Virus record (IMG/VR): IMGVR_UViG_3300027754_003462
DNA from: a virus
Strand: one strand, 5' to 3'
DNA length: 64,000 nt
Shown here: piece by piece, positions 18,168 through 27,741 of the stretch
Layout of the letters: the number at the start of each line of letters is the position of its first letter
How positions within the stretch are numbered: position 1 is the first letter of the stretch
Program-made: the position numbers and the translations under genes
Notes under the pieces: generated by a model
What the model was told of the DNA's origin: nothing
The model's database searches: none
The model's input: only the letters and a program-made list of their open reading frames with translations

Positions 18168-19175
18168 TTACTTTTGCTGTCTAGCGCGGATCATGGCCAA
18201 AATGTCTTCGGCCTTTTGTCCACTAGCGGCAGGTTTTGCCACAGGAGCGGTTGGTGCTGGTGCTTCGTCTTCATCAAAGTCGCTGACAGGAGCCGCTACT
18301 TTGAGTGCTGGCTTTGCTGCCACTTCATGAACATCACCGTGTCCATCTACTGCTACAGCAGGTGCCGGAGTTGAACTACCGGCAGGTGCTTGTACACCAG
18401 CAGGACGGAAGTATTGACCCCAACGCTCTGTGTCGTATGGCTGGCCATCAACTGATGCTTCAAACATCTCTTTGATCACCTTCAACTCAACATCAGTTGG
18501 CTTCTTGGGCAAGAATGTGCTCAAGTCAAACAGCCCATGTGCATCAACTGCGGCTTGTTCTGCTTCGGTCAGGGCCGACTCTTTACGAGCCCACTTTGAC
18601 CCATTGTAGTCAGCGAAGCCGCCCTTGGCACCTTTGCTGATACGGAAGTCCAGGCCACGCAAGTAGTCTGTTGGCAATTCTTCCAGTTCAGGATCCATCA
18701 AGGCTCCTTTGATGGTTGTGAAGATTTGTGGACCAATGATGAATCGGCGAATTGGATTCTCAGGTGACTTGTCATCGCTCAAGGGATTCTCACGCACAAA
18801 GCCTTGGAAAATGTAACTGCGTTTCTTCCAGTACTTACGACCCATGTCTTCAAGGCTCTTGTCCTTGAACCAGGTACGAACTTCTGCCAGGATTGGGCAG
18901 GCTTCGTTCCACATTTCCACGCAAGGTACTTGTACCATAACTTGCTTGGAGTCCATCTCTCCTTTGACGCCGTTGAAGGGCAAACGAATCATTGCTCGTT
19001 CTTGCCAGAAGAATGTGTTTTTTGTGTTACCGTCGGGTAGGAAGCGTAATGTGGCAGATGCGCCTTCTTCCATGTTCCAATGTGGGTAAATCGAATTGTC
19101 CCCACCGGTGGATTGCCCACCTTGTTTTGATTCTGCCGCTTGTAAACGTGCGCGAATATCTGCTAATGATGCCAT
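18168..19175 (-). CDS. gp32-like single-stranded DNA-binding protein
   Basis: LRFLPD, Zn-type PCVEMW...CP, YWKKRSY, acidic low-complexity tail. Confidence 0.92.
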   Translation of the reverse strand: MASLADIRARLQAAESKQGGQSTGGDNSIYPHWNMEEGASATLRFLPDGNTKNTFFWQERAMIRLPFNGVKGEMDSKQVMVQVPCVEMWNEACPILAEVRTWFKDKSLEDMGRKYWKKRSYIFQGFVRENPLSDDKSPENPIRRFIIGPQIFTTIKGALMDPELEELPTDYLRGLDFRISKGAKGGFADYNGSKWARKESALTEAEQAAVDAHGLFDLSTFLPKKPTDVELKVIKEMFEASVDGQPYDTERWGQYFRPAGVQAPAGSSTPAPAVAVDGHGDVHEVAAKPALKVAAPVSDFDEDEAPAPTAPVAKPAASGQKAEDILAMIRARQQK

Positions 19176-19357
19176 ATTGTGTTGCCTTTCTATGCGTTAA
19201 TATGATTTTAAAATTTAAGTCTTGCTTAAATGCTGCCTACAAGGTTATTTTAACACAGCCTGTCTGTGTTTCCTACCAGTACGGTAGAGAATTTTGCCTA
19301 ACTAGTTGTTTACGGAAGTGTGCGCTACTACACACACTTCTTTCATGTGTTTATTTA
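19176..19357 (-). promoter_or_regulatory. Structured 5' leader of gp32 with an upstream TAAATA motif
   Basis: Four hairpins (GAAGTGTG/CACACTTC, CTACC/GGTAG, AACACAG/CTGTGTT, ATTTAAG/CTTAAAT), then an AT-rich tract before the RBS. Confidence 0.6.
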
Positions 19358-19359
19358 TG

Positions 19360-22155
19360 TTATTTCAGCAAAGCCAAGGATTTTATTCTTGCCAGCACAG
19401 CATCGCCTTCTTTAAGCCCATCGCCGAGTTTGTCACCAATCTTGCCGCCTGCTAGGCCTCCGATTACACCGCCAACTGGTCCGCCGGTTACAGCACCCAT
19501 TGCTCCACCTGCAATTGCCCCTGGAAGTCCACCAATGGCTCCACCTAGGGCCGCGCCAGCCGCTGGGCCTACTGCTTGTCCGGCCATGTCACCTGCGATA
19601 CCTCCGGCAGCACTGCCTGCCAATGTACCTTTCCACCCATCAGTGAGTTTCCGTGCATTTCGCACAATCTCGTTGTCTTCATCACCGCGAGCCCGCCCAG
19701 GATTCTCATCTGAACCGTGATACAAATTCTGACCGGCACTGTATATTGCATCAGCAGGTGCATTTGCTACGTCAGCGGCAGTTGCTCCAATATCTTTGGC
19801 AGTGTTGGTTATTGGAAGATTTGTTTCTCTTACAAATTTTGGAGTTTCATCAGGAGTGCCCGAATCATTGGCATTAGTGGCCATTTTATTGCCAAGCGTG
19901 GCTCCTACTATTCCTCCAGCAAGTGCTCCTGGAAGTCCGCCAGCGGCAAGGCCACCCATGCTGCCAACGAACCCACCAGCACCGGCACCTGCCAATTTTT
20001 CTCCAGGGTCATCTTCTTCGTCCATGGTTTCATACATGCCGCCACATTCGGCCAGACCGTGTTCAGGACAGTATTCGCCTTCCATGGTCATGTTGCATCC
20101 GGCACCTTCTGTAGCCACTGGCATGGCCATTGGGGCAATAAGGTTTTCATTTACACCTAATTCATCTGCCAGGCGATCGCTGATCCAGTTGTAAGGATCG
20201 CCAGTACGTGCTTTCATTGTGCCATAAGGCATTTCACCATTGTCACTGTAGTAGTCATACAAGGCATGATACAGGTCATCATCAAGGTCACCGTTGGCTT
20301 CGAAGTTTTTGACTTCGTGTTTGAAACGGTTTAGAATGTGCTCTAGTGTTTCGCCTGCACTGTCCATCAAGCGGCTTTCGGCCACTGGCAATCCGGCCAA
20401 GTTACGCAGGCTGTTGATGTCTTCGAATGTGGCCAGGTTGTCACCTTCTGCCGCCACAGCAGGTTGTTGCGCTTTTGTAACACCAATTGTGAACTGTCCC
20501 ATTACCGGTTGGGTAAATAACCACCGCTGGTCTCTAAACATATCAAAGTATGGATTAACTGCTTTGTTCATGTTTTCCCCTGTAAGCGCACCAGGTTGCC
20601 GTAAATAAGGGTCGTTGAGACTCTTGCCCATTTCTCGATACACATCGTCTGCCCACCGCTGGCCTCTGCGTTTGCTGATAGTGATTGAACCATCATCATT
20701 GTATTTGGGCTCAAACTTGTCCTGACCACAATATTGATCTAATGATTTGAGTATTTTTTGAGCATACTGGTTAGTTGCCTGTGGATCTATTTGAGCATCT
20801 AACGCTGGCGCCACTTGTCCTGGTATTGCTTCCGCAATAGGTTGTTGTGGCATAGGATTAGGTGGTACAGCCGCTGCCACAGGAGCAGTTGCGCCTGTTT
20901 GTGGTTCGGCAGGATTGCCCGGAGCGACAGGCTCTGGCAACTCAACGCCCAGTTCGGCCAAGCGGTTCATAACTTCTGTATCGTTCCAGCAGTTGGCTCG
21001 CGGATCTTGATCAGCCAGAGCATGCAGTCGATCAAACAATTCATCGTCACCCACCAAGTCATACAGTTGTTCTGTTGCGTTGGTTGCATCGGGACCAACA
21101 ATGAGTTCTTTGGTCATGAGTGTTTTTAACTTGTCCAATTGCTCAGGAGTTTCTGGCAGGGTCCATGTGCCTTCTGCTAGATTGTTAATCCAGTTTTCAA
21201 AAATATCTGCTTCTTTCATATCTTGTCCTCTTTGCTGAATCTTGGCCAGCAGTGGTAATGCCGCTTCAATACGGCTGTCTATACTCTGTTCAATGAACAG
21301 GGTCTTGATGTTGTCAACAACACCTTCTTGTTCGTTAATGGTGGCTGGATGCCACGATTCGAAATACTTTGCGTAGCCACGGCCTGAGGCCATGTGCTTG
21401 AGATTTTCACGTAAGGTTTGATAGTAGACTTGTGCTTCTGTTACTAGTTCTTGTGTGACACCTTCCAAGATACGATTGGCACTTGCTCTATTGAACCGGC
21501 TTAACACAGCAATTTCGGTTACTGTTTCTGAGATGTGACAGCCGCGAATGTCATAGGGCTTGCCACCTTGGCGCACATGTTCCAACATGGCTCTGGCACC
21601 ACTTAGACTTTTAAATCCCAGTTTGAACTTTTCACCCTCGGCTGTTTCGATAAACATCCGGTCAATGTGGCGATAACGTGCATCACCTTCGCCCAAGGGC
21701 TGACTGTGTACAATTTGTAATCGGGCTTGAGTAGGCTCGCCTGCGTAACTGACTTTGCGAGTGCCATAGTAGCCTTCAAACAGGCCCTCTTGTATGGCTG
21801 CCATGCCTTGCATGGTGTGCTTGAGTTGGTTGATGTCCGCTATGCTGTGTGTCCAACGATTGCTGGTGGCCTTTTGATTCAGGTGCTGTAAGAAGTCAAA
21901 GAACTCTGACTTGTCATCACCTTCCATGGTACGACCTAGATTGTCCCCGTACATGATCTTCATCTCATTGTCGCTGTCCAGCACAATGACCATGGTGCCG
22001 TAGTTCTTGCCTGCGCCGGAAATGTAGTCAAATGTAAATGTTTTGGCATCTTCTGCGTTGGAGGGCTTGCCCATTCGGTCCAGCATTTCGGGGTGGAAAT
22101 TGCGTGTGGCCAGCAAATCCAGCAGTTGTTGTGATATAGAGTTTGTTGTTGCCAT
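19360..22155 (-). CDS. Large putative virion or head-internal protein with C-terminal glycine-zipper modules
   Basis: 931 aa; TAAATA 7 nt before the ATG; CNMT...CPEHG...C motif; GxxxG arrays. Confidence 0.7.
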   Translation of the reverse strand: MATTNSISQQLLDLLATRNFHPEMLDRMGKPSNAEDAKTFTFDYISGAGKNYGTMVIVLDSDNEMKIMYGDNLGRTMEGDDKSEFFDFLQHLNQKATSNRWTHSIADINQLKHTMQGMAAIQEGLFEGYYGTRKVSYAGEPTQARLQIVHSQPLGEGDARYRHIDRMFIETAEGEKFKLGFKSLSGARAMLEHVRQGGKPYDIRGCHISETVTEIAVLSRFNRASANRILEGVTQELVTEAQVYYQTLRENLKHMASGRGYAKYFESWHPATINEQEGVVDNIKTLFIEQSIDSRIEAALPLLAKIQQRGQDMKEADIFENWINNLAEGTWTLPETPEQLDKLKTLMTKELIVGPDATNATEQLYDLVGDDELFDRLHALADQDPRANCWNDTEVMNRLAELGVELPEPVAPGNPAEPQTGATAPVAAAVPPNPMPQQPIAEAIPGQVAPALDAQIDPQATNQYAQKILKSLDQYCGQDKFEPKYNDDGSITISKRRGQRWADDVYREMGKSLNDPYLRQPGALTGENMNKAVNPYFDMFRDQRWLFTQPVMGQFTIGVTKAQQPAVAAEGDNLATFEDINSLRNLAGLPVAESRLMDSAGETLEHILNRFKHEVKNFEANGDLDDDLYHALYDYYSDNGEMPYGTMKARTGDPYNWISDRLADELGVNENLIAPMAMPVATEGAGCNMTMEGEYCPEHGLAECGGMYETMDEEDDPGEKLAGAGAGGFVGSMGGLAAGGLPGALAGGIVGATLGNKMATNANDSGTPDETPKFVRETNLPITNTAKDIGATAADVANAPADAIYSAGQNLYHGSDENPGRARGDEDNEIVRNARKLTDGWKGTLAGSAAGGIAGDMAGQAVGPAAGAALGGAIGGLPGAIAGGAMGAVTGGPVGGVIGGLAGGKIGDKLGDGLKEGDAVLARIKSLALLK

Positions 22156-22173
22156 GGTAGTATATTTAGCGCA

Positions 22174-23763
22174 TCATCGCATCAAAGCAATGAAGGGAAA
22201 AGGTTCGATTATGTTATCAGTGTGGTCTTTTAGGTAGGAATTAAGGTCTGCATGATAAGATTGTAACAACATCAGCATACGGGTCACAAGCAGGCCTGCC
22301 ATCACAAGATCATCTGTTTCTCCGATCTTGGCCGCGTAACTGGAACCGGCAGCCACAAATGTTTTTAGTTCAGTTATCAGGGGTTTTGAGTAGATCTTCA
22401 TACGCCCAGATTCTATTAGAATTTTGAACTTGTTGCAGGCCACAATCTTGCTCTTGTTGGTAGTGGTAAATCCCTTGCGGATTCTGCGTCCGTTTGAACT
22501 TTGTACTGAATTGTCGCTGAGGAAATAGCCCGGGATATTTTCTTCTCCGTATTCTGCAATGGAGATCAAGGCTGCTTCACCCAAGGTATTGTTTTCCACT
22601 GAGTAGTAGATTTTCTTTTCATCCTTGACCACTGAGTGTATTTCTTTGATGATGTCTGCTAGGATTCGGATCTGTGTGGGCACATCCGTTCGGTTGTGGC
22701 GCCATTCGGCCACTTGTTCAGTGGTTTCTGCTTCAAATACTTGTATGGCCGAAGGATCGCCACCTGTACCCAGGCTAGGATCAAGTGCCACAATGTACAT
22801 CTTGTCCTGGTCAATGGGGCGATACCAGCGTACTTGTCCAGTCTTGTGTGTGGGTTCTTGACCTTCCAGTTCCAATAACTTGATAGGAGCGATCAATGTT
22901 TCGTCGTTGATAACAAAGTCACAGTCCATCTCTCGACGGAAACGTTCGTCGCCTAGTTGGCTACGCTGTTCTGCGGCCCAGGCATCGTCACGGTCTGGGT
23001 GCTCACGCCAAAAGGCACGAAATGCCCGAAAGCCGTTGATGCCCAGGCCATCGGCTCGTGGGTTGCCAAACTCATCTTCTGTCTTGTTGGCACCCTTCCA
23101 GATGTAGGCAAACTGATCTTCGTCTGAGTTGGGCGTGCTAGTGATAATTGCTTTACCACCTGTGCTCAGTGTGGGTGTGATAGATGTCCAGAACTCTTTG
23201 GCAATTGTGGGTCTCACAAACGCAAACTCGTCTAGATACAGCAAGGTAATACTCATACCACGACCGGTATTTTCAGTTGTTGTTTGACTTACAATACGTG
23301 ATCCGTTGTCAAACTCTAACGAGCCTTTGTTGTAACTGGTGGCACCTGCTCTAATATGATTAGGGCATAGTTCATAGGCATAGCGAATACGTTGCATGAT
23401 CTCTTGTGCGCCCAGATATTTGTGTGCGGCAATAAGAATAGTAGCATCAGGTATAAACATAGCATACCATAACAGGTAACCTGCGGCTGACGTTGACTTA
23501 CCGGTTTGTCGAGGCATCAGCGAAATTGAGAAACGATTGTTGTGATAGTTTGCAATCAGTCTCTGTTGATATTCAAAAGCATGATACAACATTTTGCCAC
23601 GAACAGGATGTTGAATATGAAAAAAGTTGTCCATGAAGTACATAGGGCCGGTCACAGGATCTGCGCACCGAGCAAAGTCTTCAAGTTCTGATTCAGTGAA
23701 TGTTTCTCGACGATGTGGTGCTTTGACCAGTACAGTATCAAGCGTATTTTTTGCGCCAATCAT
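22174..23763 (-). CDS. Terminase large subunit (gp17-like)
   Basis: PRQTGKS Walker A, LYLDEFAF Walker B, ITSTPN, ALDPS nuclease motif, DDLVMA. Confidence 0.95.
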   Translation of the reverse strand: MIGAKNTLDTVLVKAPHRRETFTESELEDFARCADPVTGPMYFMDNFFHIQHPVRGKMLYHAFEYQQRLIANYHNNRFSISLMPRQTGKSTSAAGYLLWYAMFIPDATILIAAHKYLGAQEIMQRIRYAYELCPNHIRAGATSYNKGSLEFDNGSRIVSQTTTENTGRGMSITLLYLDEFAFVRPTIAKEFWTSITPTLSTGGKAIITSTPNSDEDQFAYIWKGANKTEDEFGNPRADGLGINGFRAFRAFWREHPDRDDAWAAEQRSQLGDERFRREMDCDFVINDETLIAPIKLLELEGQEPTHKTGQVRWYRPIDQDKMYIVALDPSLGTGGDPSAIQVFEAETTEQVAEWRHNRTDVPTQIRILADIIKEIHSVVKDEKKIYYSVENNTLGEAALISIAEYGEENIPGYFLSDNSVQSSNGRRIRKGFTTTNKSKIVACNKFKILIESGRMKIYSKPLITELKTFVAAGSSYAAKIGETDDLVMAGLLVTRMLMLLQSYHADLNSYLKDHTDNIIEPFPFIALMR

Positions 23764-24514
23764 CCAATATTCTTTCTGCAAACATTTTGTGTCCTTGTGG
23801 GCCAGCATGCATGTAATCTCTGGCATACTCTACTTCTTCTCGACTGCGAGCAAAATAATCGTGTGCGTCGTAGGTCAAACAGGGTATTCCTAAATTTTGA
23901 CAAAGAGCCTGAACTGCCAATTTGTTCTTTGCGTTATTTAAGTCTTGATTACCTTCATTTGTCATCCAGTGCTTGAGAATCACATCAGCACCGAACTCAC
24001 CGTCAGTGGTATTGGGCATCATTGTATGCATTTCAGGTTTGCCTGTTGCTCTAATAATATCAAATCTGTTTTTAGGTGGAGCGGCCATGACAACCAACTC
24101 CGGGCGTAACACTGGCAACCAGAACTTTGCCAACATAAAACAAGTGTCTGCGCTGGTACCGCCCCAGGCCAAGTTGTATGATGTCATGTTGAGTTCATTG
24201 CCCAATATGGTCGGCCAGATTGTGTCAAGTGGCAGTCCAATGCCCACTGTGTAACTACAGCCCAGTGCAACCACCGACTTGACTCCAAACTCAAATTCTT
24301 GGCATCTGAATCCATACTTGTTTATCTTGTATGTGATTGCATTGGGCTTGTCCCAACCTTTGGCCTGAAAATATTCACGGTGTGCAGGATCTTGTATCAT
24401 GCGCTCGTAACTTTCTTTAGTGTCTGTTGGCAGCCAATCTAGTGTTCGTCCGGCACATGATATCCCCGGGTGCCACGGTGGTGCCAATGGCAGTGAATCT
24501 TTAAACGAATCCAT
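23738..24514 (-). CDS. SGNH-hydrolase-like protein
   Basis: LGCSYTVG, NLAWGG, ARDYMHAG (DxxH). Confidence 0.65.
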   Translation of the reverse strand: MDSFKDSLPLAPPWHPGISCAGRTLDWLPTDTKESYERMIQDPAHREYFQAKGWDKPNAITYKINKYGFRCQEFEFGVKSVVALGCSYTVGIGLPLDTIWPTILGNELNMTSYNLAWGGTSADTCFMLAKFWLPVLRPELVVMAAPPKNRFDIIRATGKPEMHTMMPNTTDGEFGADVILKHWMTNEGNQDLNNAKNKLAVQALCQNLGIPCLTYDAHDYFARSREEVEYARDYMHAGPQGHKMFAERILDDWRKKYA

Positions 24515-25658
24515 GTTTGATTCCTTCTGCAAGTTCTGACCATAGGTCAACAAAATGCGTTGTTTTGTTTAGTTCAGTTTCTATTTTTTGATGAAACTTC
24601 AACACCTCAGGTTTATACTTGTTGATATCTTTGACATAAGTGTTATCCTGTAACTGCTTGCGATAGTTTTGTAGCGTGTGTATTCCTAAATTAATGTGGT
24701 GGCCCCAGCGTTCTGTCACTTGATCAATTTGAGACATTGCCTGCAATCGCAGTTGTTCAGGCAGTCGTCTTGCATCTAGATCATAAGGATGCATGAGTTC
24801 GCACCAGTAAATTTCTAAAGATCGGGCTGTACAGAATTCATAATATGAAATCAAATCAAATGCATTGTATATGCTGTAGGCCGGGTGTGCTTTGATTGTT
24901 TGTGAATCTTGATTCATAGTGTCAAGGTTGGCAGTTAGTGTTGTCCATTGTGCTCCGTTGCGAACATATTCAAACTTGTCAGCCTCAACATTGTCAAAAC
25001 TCACCATCCACTCCACACGTGGCCAAGTCTTGAGTTTTTGGTATATAGGGTTTGTGACAATGTTCACACTGAGATTGGTTGTGACCATGACATTGACTTT
25101 GTTGGGATCAAGGTGATCTAAAAAATCAGCCAGGCCTTTTTGCAATAGTGGTTCTCCGCCACCTAGACTGAGTCCGTGTATGTTATGGCCTTGTGTTTTT
25201 GCAAGTGCAATCAAGTCCTCATGCTCATTTTTAACATGATTGATAGGTATTTTCTTGACGCTTTGCCAGGCTGTGCTGGTTTCAGGATTACAATACACAC
25301 AAGATAAGTTACACAAATTACTCCAGTTGACCACAAGATGTTGTAATTCAAAAAAATCTAAATCTTTGTCAATCTCTGTTAGTGTACTTTGGTCAGCATG
25401 GCGCACCGTCCTGCCACTTGAACCTGTTGTTTCTTCAAGACTTTTGCACCAACTGCATCCTGGGTGCCATTCACCACGAGCCATGGTTTCTCTCATGCTT
25501 GTTAATATAGGGCCTCGAATGATGTTTTGTATTGTGTCTTTTTTGTTGTTTCCCACCATCTCTACACAATGGAAACAAGGACTAACATGCCCGGATTGAT
25601 CAATGTTCAAACTGGTCCAAGGCGCTGAGCAAAATGTAGGGCTGTCAGTTATTTGCAT
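24501..25658 (-). CDS. Radical SAM protein with N-terminal Twitch/SPASM-like domain
   Basis: FCSAPW...PC...CSWC; CNLSCVYC; GGEPL. Confidence 0.9.
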   Translation of the reverse strand: MQITDSPTFCSAPWTSLNIDQSGHVSPCFHCVEMVGNNKKDTIQNIIRGPILTSMRETMARGEWHPGCSWCKSLEETTGSSGRTVRHADQSTLTEIDKDLDFFELQHLVVNWSNLCNLSCVYCNPETSTAWQSVKKIPINHVKNEHEDLIALAKTQGHNIHGLSLGGGEPLLQKGLADFLDHLDPNKVNVMVTTNLSVNIVTNPIYQKLKTWPRVEWMVSFDNVEADKFEYVRNGAQWTTLTANLDTMNQDSQTIKAHPAYSIYNAFDLISYYEFCTARSLEIYWCELMHPYDLDARRLPEQLRLQAMSQIDQVTERWGHHINLGIHTLQNYRKQLQDNTYVKDINKYKPEVLKFHQKIETELNKTTHFVDLWSELAEGIKHGFV

Positions 25659-26788
25659 AGGAATTCCAATTCTGGCCATAGTCGTACAAAATCTCCCGAT
25701 TTGTCTGGATGGAACACAGTTTCGTTGTCATGAATATGTTTACGAAAGTTTTGTTGTATCTCAGGATTGGGCTCTGATTGACTGTACTTGTCTCTTGCTT
25801 GATCAAAGAACTGTCGCTCTGCTGGGGTAGCAATGTCCATCTCATAGAATCGATCGATTTCCCGGCTGGCCAACTCAGCCACTTCGGGTCCATGTTGGAA
25901 CGGATCAAGATAATCTGGTTGGAATAAATTTTGCCACAGCACTGTGGTGCCAGTATCTTGGGCAAACTGCCTAAACTCACAAAGTCGTGTGGCACTGTAA
26001 ATATTGTATACAGCGTGTATGCCGCCCCAATGGCCATTGTTCTTCATGAGATATTTAACTGTTTGTATATTGTGTTGCAACAACTTCCAGTCAGCACCGT
26101 GACGTACATATTCTAGTCTATCACCCGTGTTGTCAAAACTCATGGACCAGCCTACATTACGTCTCTGGGTAAGTTTTTTAAATATTTTATTTTTTTCCAG
26201 ATCAACATTCATATTTGTGATCAGTGTTACTATGGCACTTTCAGGAATGACATCTAGCAAGCGTTCGTTTTCGGGCAATAATAATGGTTCGCCTCCGACC
26301 AAGGCCACTTCGTGTATGTGTTCATGATGTTGCTCAAGAAAGTCACACACTTGTTCATAGTAGGGTCTTGTGCCTGATCGGAATGGCACGTTTTTTATAC
26401 TAGCCCATTTACTAGAACAACCGGGCCCACAGTAGTTACAACTCAAGTTACAGGTTGTGTTCCAACGCACATCAAATATCACAGGATAGTGATATCGGTC
26501 ACCTGCTAGGGCATAATCAAAGTTGGGATTCACACGGTTGTGCCAGGCACGTTCCGAGTCTGCGCCAAAGCGTTCGGCTTTTACACAATTACTGCAATAC
26601 TCATGCGGCTGACCTTGTGCTAGGCTGGCACGTATTTCTGCCATTAAATCAGTGTTTAAGATTTCTTCAATGGTGTTGGCATTGAGGTTACCCAACATGT
26701 TGGGATTGCCTGCGCAACAGGTTTTGACATTGCCTTGGGGATTGATGTGCAGGCCACGCCAGGGTGCCGCACAGTAGAAATTGCTCAT
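25649..26788 (-). CDS. Radical SAM protein with N-terminal Twitch/SPASM-like domain
   Basis: YCAAPW...TCC...CSNC; CNLSCNYC; GGEPL. Confidence 0.9.
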   Translation of the reverse strand: MSNFYCAAPWRGLHINPQGNVKTCCAGNPNMLGNLNANTIEEILNTDLMAEIRASLAQGQPHEYCSNCVKAERFGADSERAWHNRVNPNFDYALAGDRYHYPVIFDVRWNTTCNLSCNYCGPGCSSKWASIKNVPFRSGTRPYYEQVCDFLEQHHEHIHEVALVGGEPLLLPENERLLDVIPESAIVTLITNMNVDLEKNKIFKKLTQRRNVGWSMSFDNTGDRLEYVRHGADWKLLQHNIQTVKYLMKNNGHWGGIHAVYNIYSATRLCEFRQFAQDTGTTVLWQNLFQPDYLDPFQHGPEVAELASREIDRFYEMDIATPAERQFFDQARDKYSQSEPNPEIQQNFRKHIHDNETVFHPDKSGDFVRLWPELEFLCK

Positions 26789-26823
26789 GTAGTATTTACA
26801 TGCCCAATTTTGCGATGCTACAT

Positions 26824-26901
26824 TTACACCGGGCTGTAGGGATTACGATGTCGATCGTATCCATCGTCGGGCGGTAATACCGGGTACTCGTTATTCCGCA
26901 T
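26824..26901 (-). CDS. 25-aa Pro/Asp/Tyr-rich peptide
   Basis: MRNNEYPVLPPDDGYDRHRNPYSPV*; ATG overlaps the end of the nuclease gene. Confidence 0.5.
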   Translation of the reverse strand: MRNNEYPVLPPDDGYDRHRNPYSPV

Positions 26902-27709
26902 TGCGACCACACCGGGCACGTTTGGCATTGGTCAATGCACCAAAATCCACTGGCCATTCTTTGCCAGGTTGTACTTCCGTAACACCTGGGGGAAACTTAT
27001 AGTCAACCCCTGCTACTTTTTCTATTTCTGCAATGGGCCGGCGGAACACAGTCAAGTCGTTGCCCAGGTTAACATAGGGCTTGGTATGTGGGAATACCCA
27101 ACCTGCGGCCTGCTTGGTTGTGTTGTTGATAACAATCTTGTAGAAGCCATGTGGTACAATAACACCGTTGCCAATTGTGGGGTCACCGGCACCATACAAT
27201 GCACCTACATAAATTGTGAAAGGTTGGTTTAGTTGCACCGTCCATCCGCGAACTGCTGTTTCCAACAGTTTCCAAATACCACGATTTAATGATCCGTGTT
27301 GCGGATACATGTTGGTCATCAAGAAACTTTCATATTCCACTTGTGCTGACCAACTCAAGTCACCGTCAGGAGCGGCATGTCCTTTGTCGTAGCCTGTGCC
27401 TGCATAGTCATCTGGTCTGGCACCTGTGCCACCTAGGCTTTGGTCTGCTACAAATGCATTAGTGCGCGGAAAGCATCCTAGTGCGTTTTGTGGTAGTAGT
27501 GTATATGCCACATAAGCAGGAATCTTAACAGGTGCATCATATGCCACAAGATACGCTTCACGGCAAATTGCTTGTACCGGACGATTGACTATGGCAAATC
27601 CATAAGGTGAGTGTACTTGACATGCCTGTACAGGATTAGGAGCACGTTGATCCCAGGCTTGTGCTAGTCCTGCTGTGAGTAGCAAGACCACGGTTAATAT
27701 TTTTTTCAT
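26891..27709 (-). CDS. DNA/RNA non-specific endonuclease (NucA/EndA-like) with signal peptide
   Basis: GYDKGH, ESFLMTNMYPQ...LNRGIW..LE, VPHGFYKI; N-terminus MKKILTVVLLLTAGLAQA. Confidence 0.9.
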   Translation of the reverse strand: MKKILTVVLLLTAGLAQAWDQRAPNPVQACQVHSPYGFAIVNRPVQAICREAYLVAYDAPVKIPAYVAYTLLPQNALGCFPRTNAFVADQSLGGTGARPDDYAGTGYDKGHAAPDGDLSWSAQVEYESFLMTNMYPQHGSLNRGIWKLLETAVRGWTVQLNQPFTIYVGALYGAGDPTIGNGVIVPHGFYKIVINNTTKQAAGWVFPHTKPYVNLGNDLTVFRRPIAEIEKVAGVDYKFPPGVTEVQPGKEWPVDFGALTNAKRARCGRNAE

Positions 27710-27741
27710 TGTGTAGCCTTTTGTAATATGCTACTATTTAG

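Noticed and set aside
18992-19720. 242-aa plus-strand ORF
   Set aside because: It is antisense to gp32, its leader and the glycine-zipper region; its Pro/Ala-rich content mirrors the Gly codons on the other strand
22174-23763. Intein or intron in the terminase (also considered for uvsX and uvsW)
   Set aside because: Lengths are normal, motifs are contiguous, and no splice-junction signatures were seen
26799-26890. Possible tRNA or ncRNA in this gap
   Set aside because: No cloverleaf or T-loop motif; the gap is better explained by a 25-codon ORF
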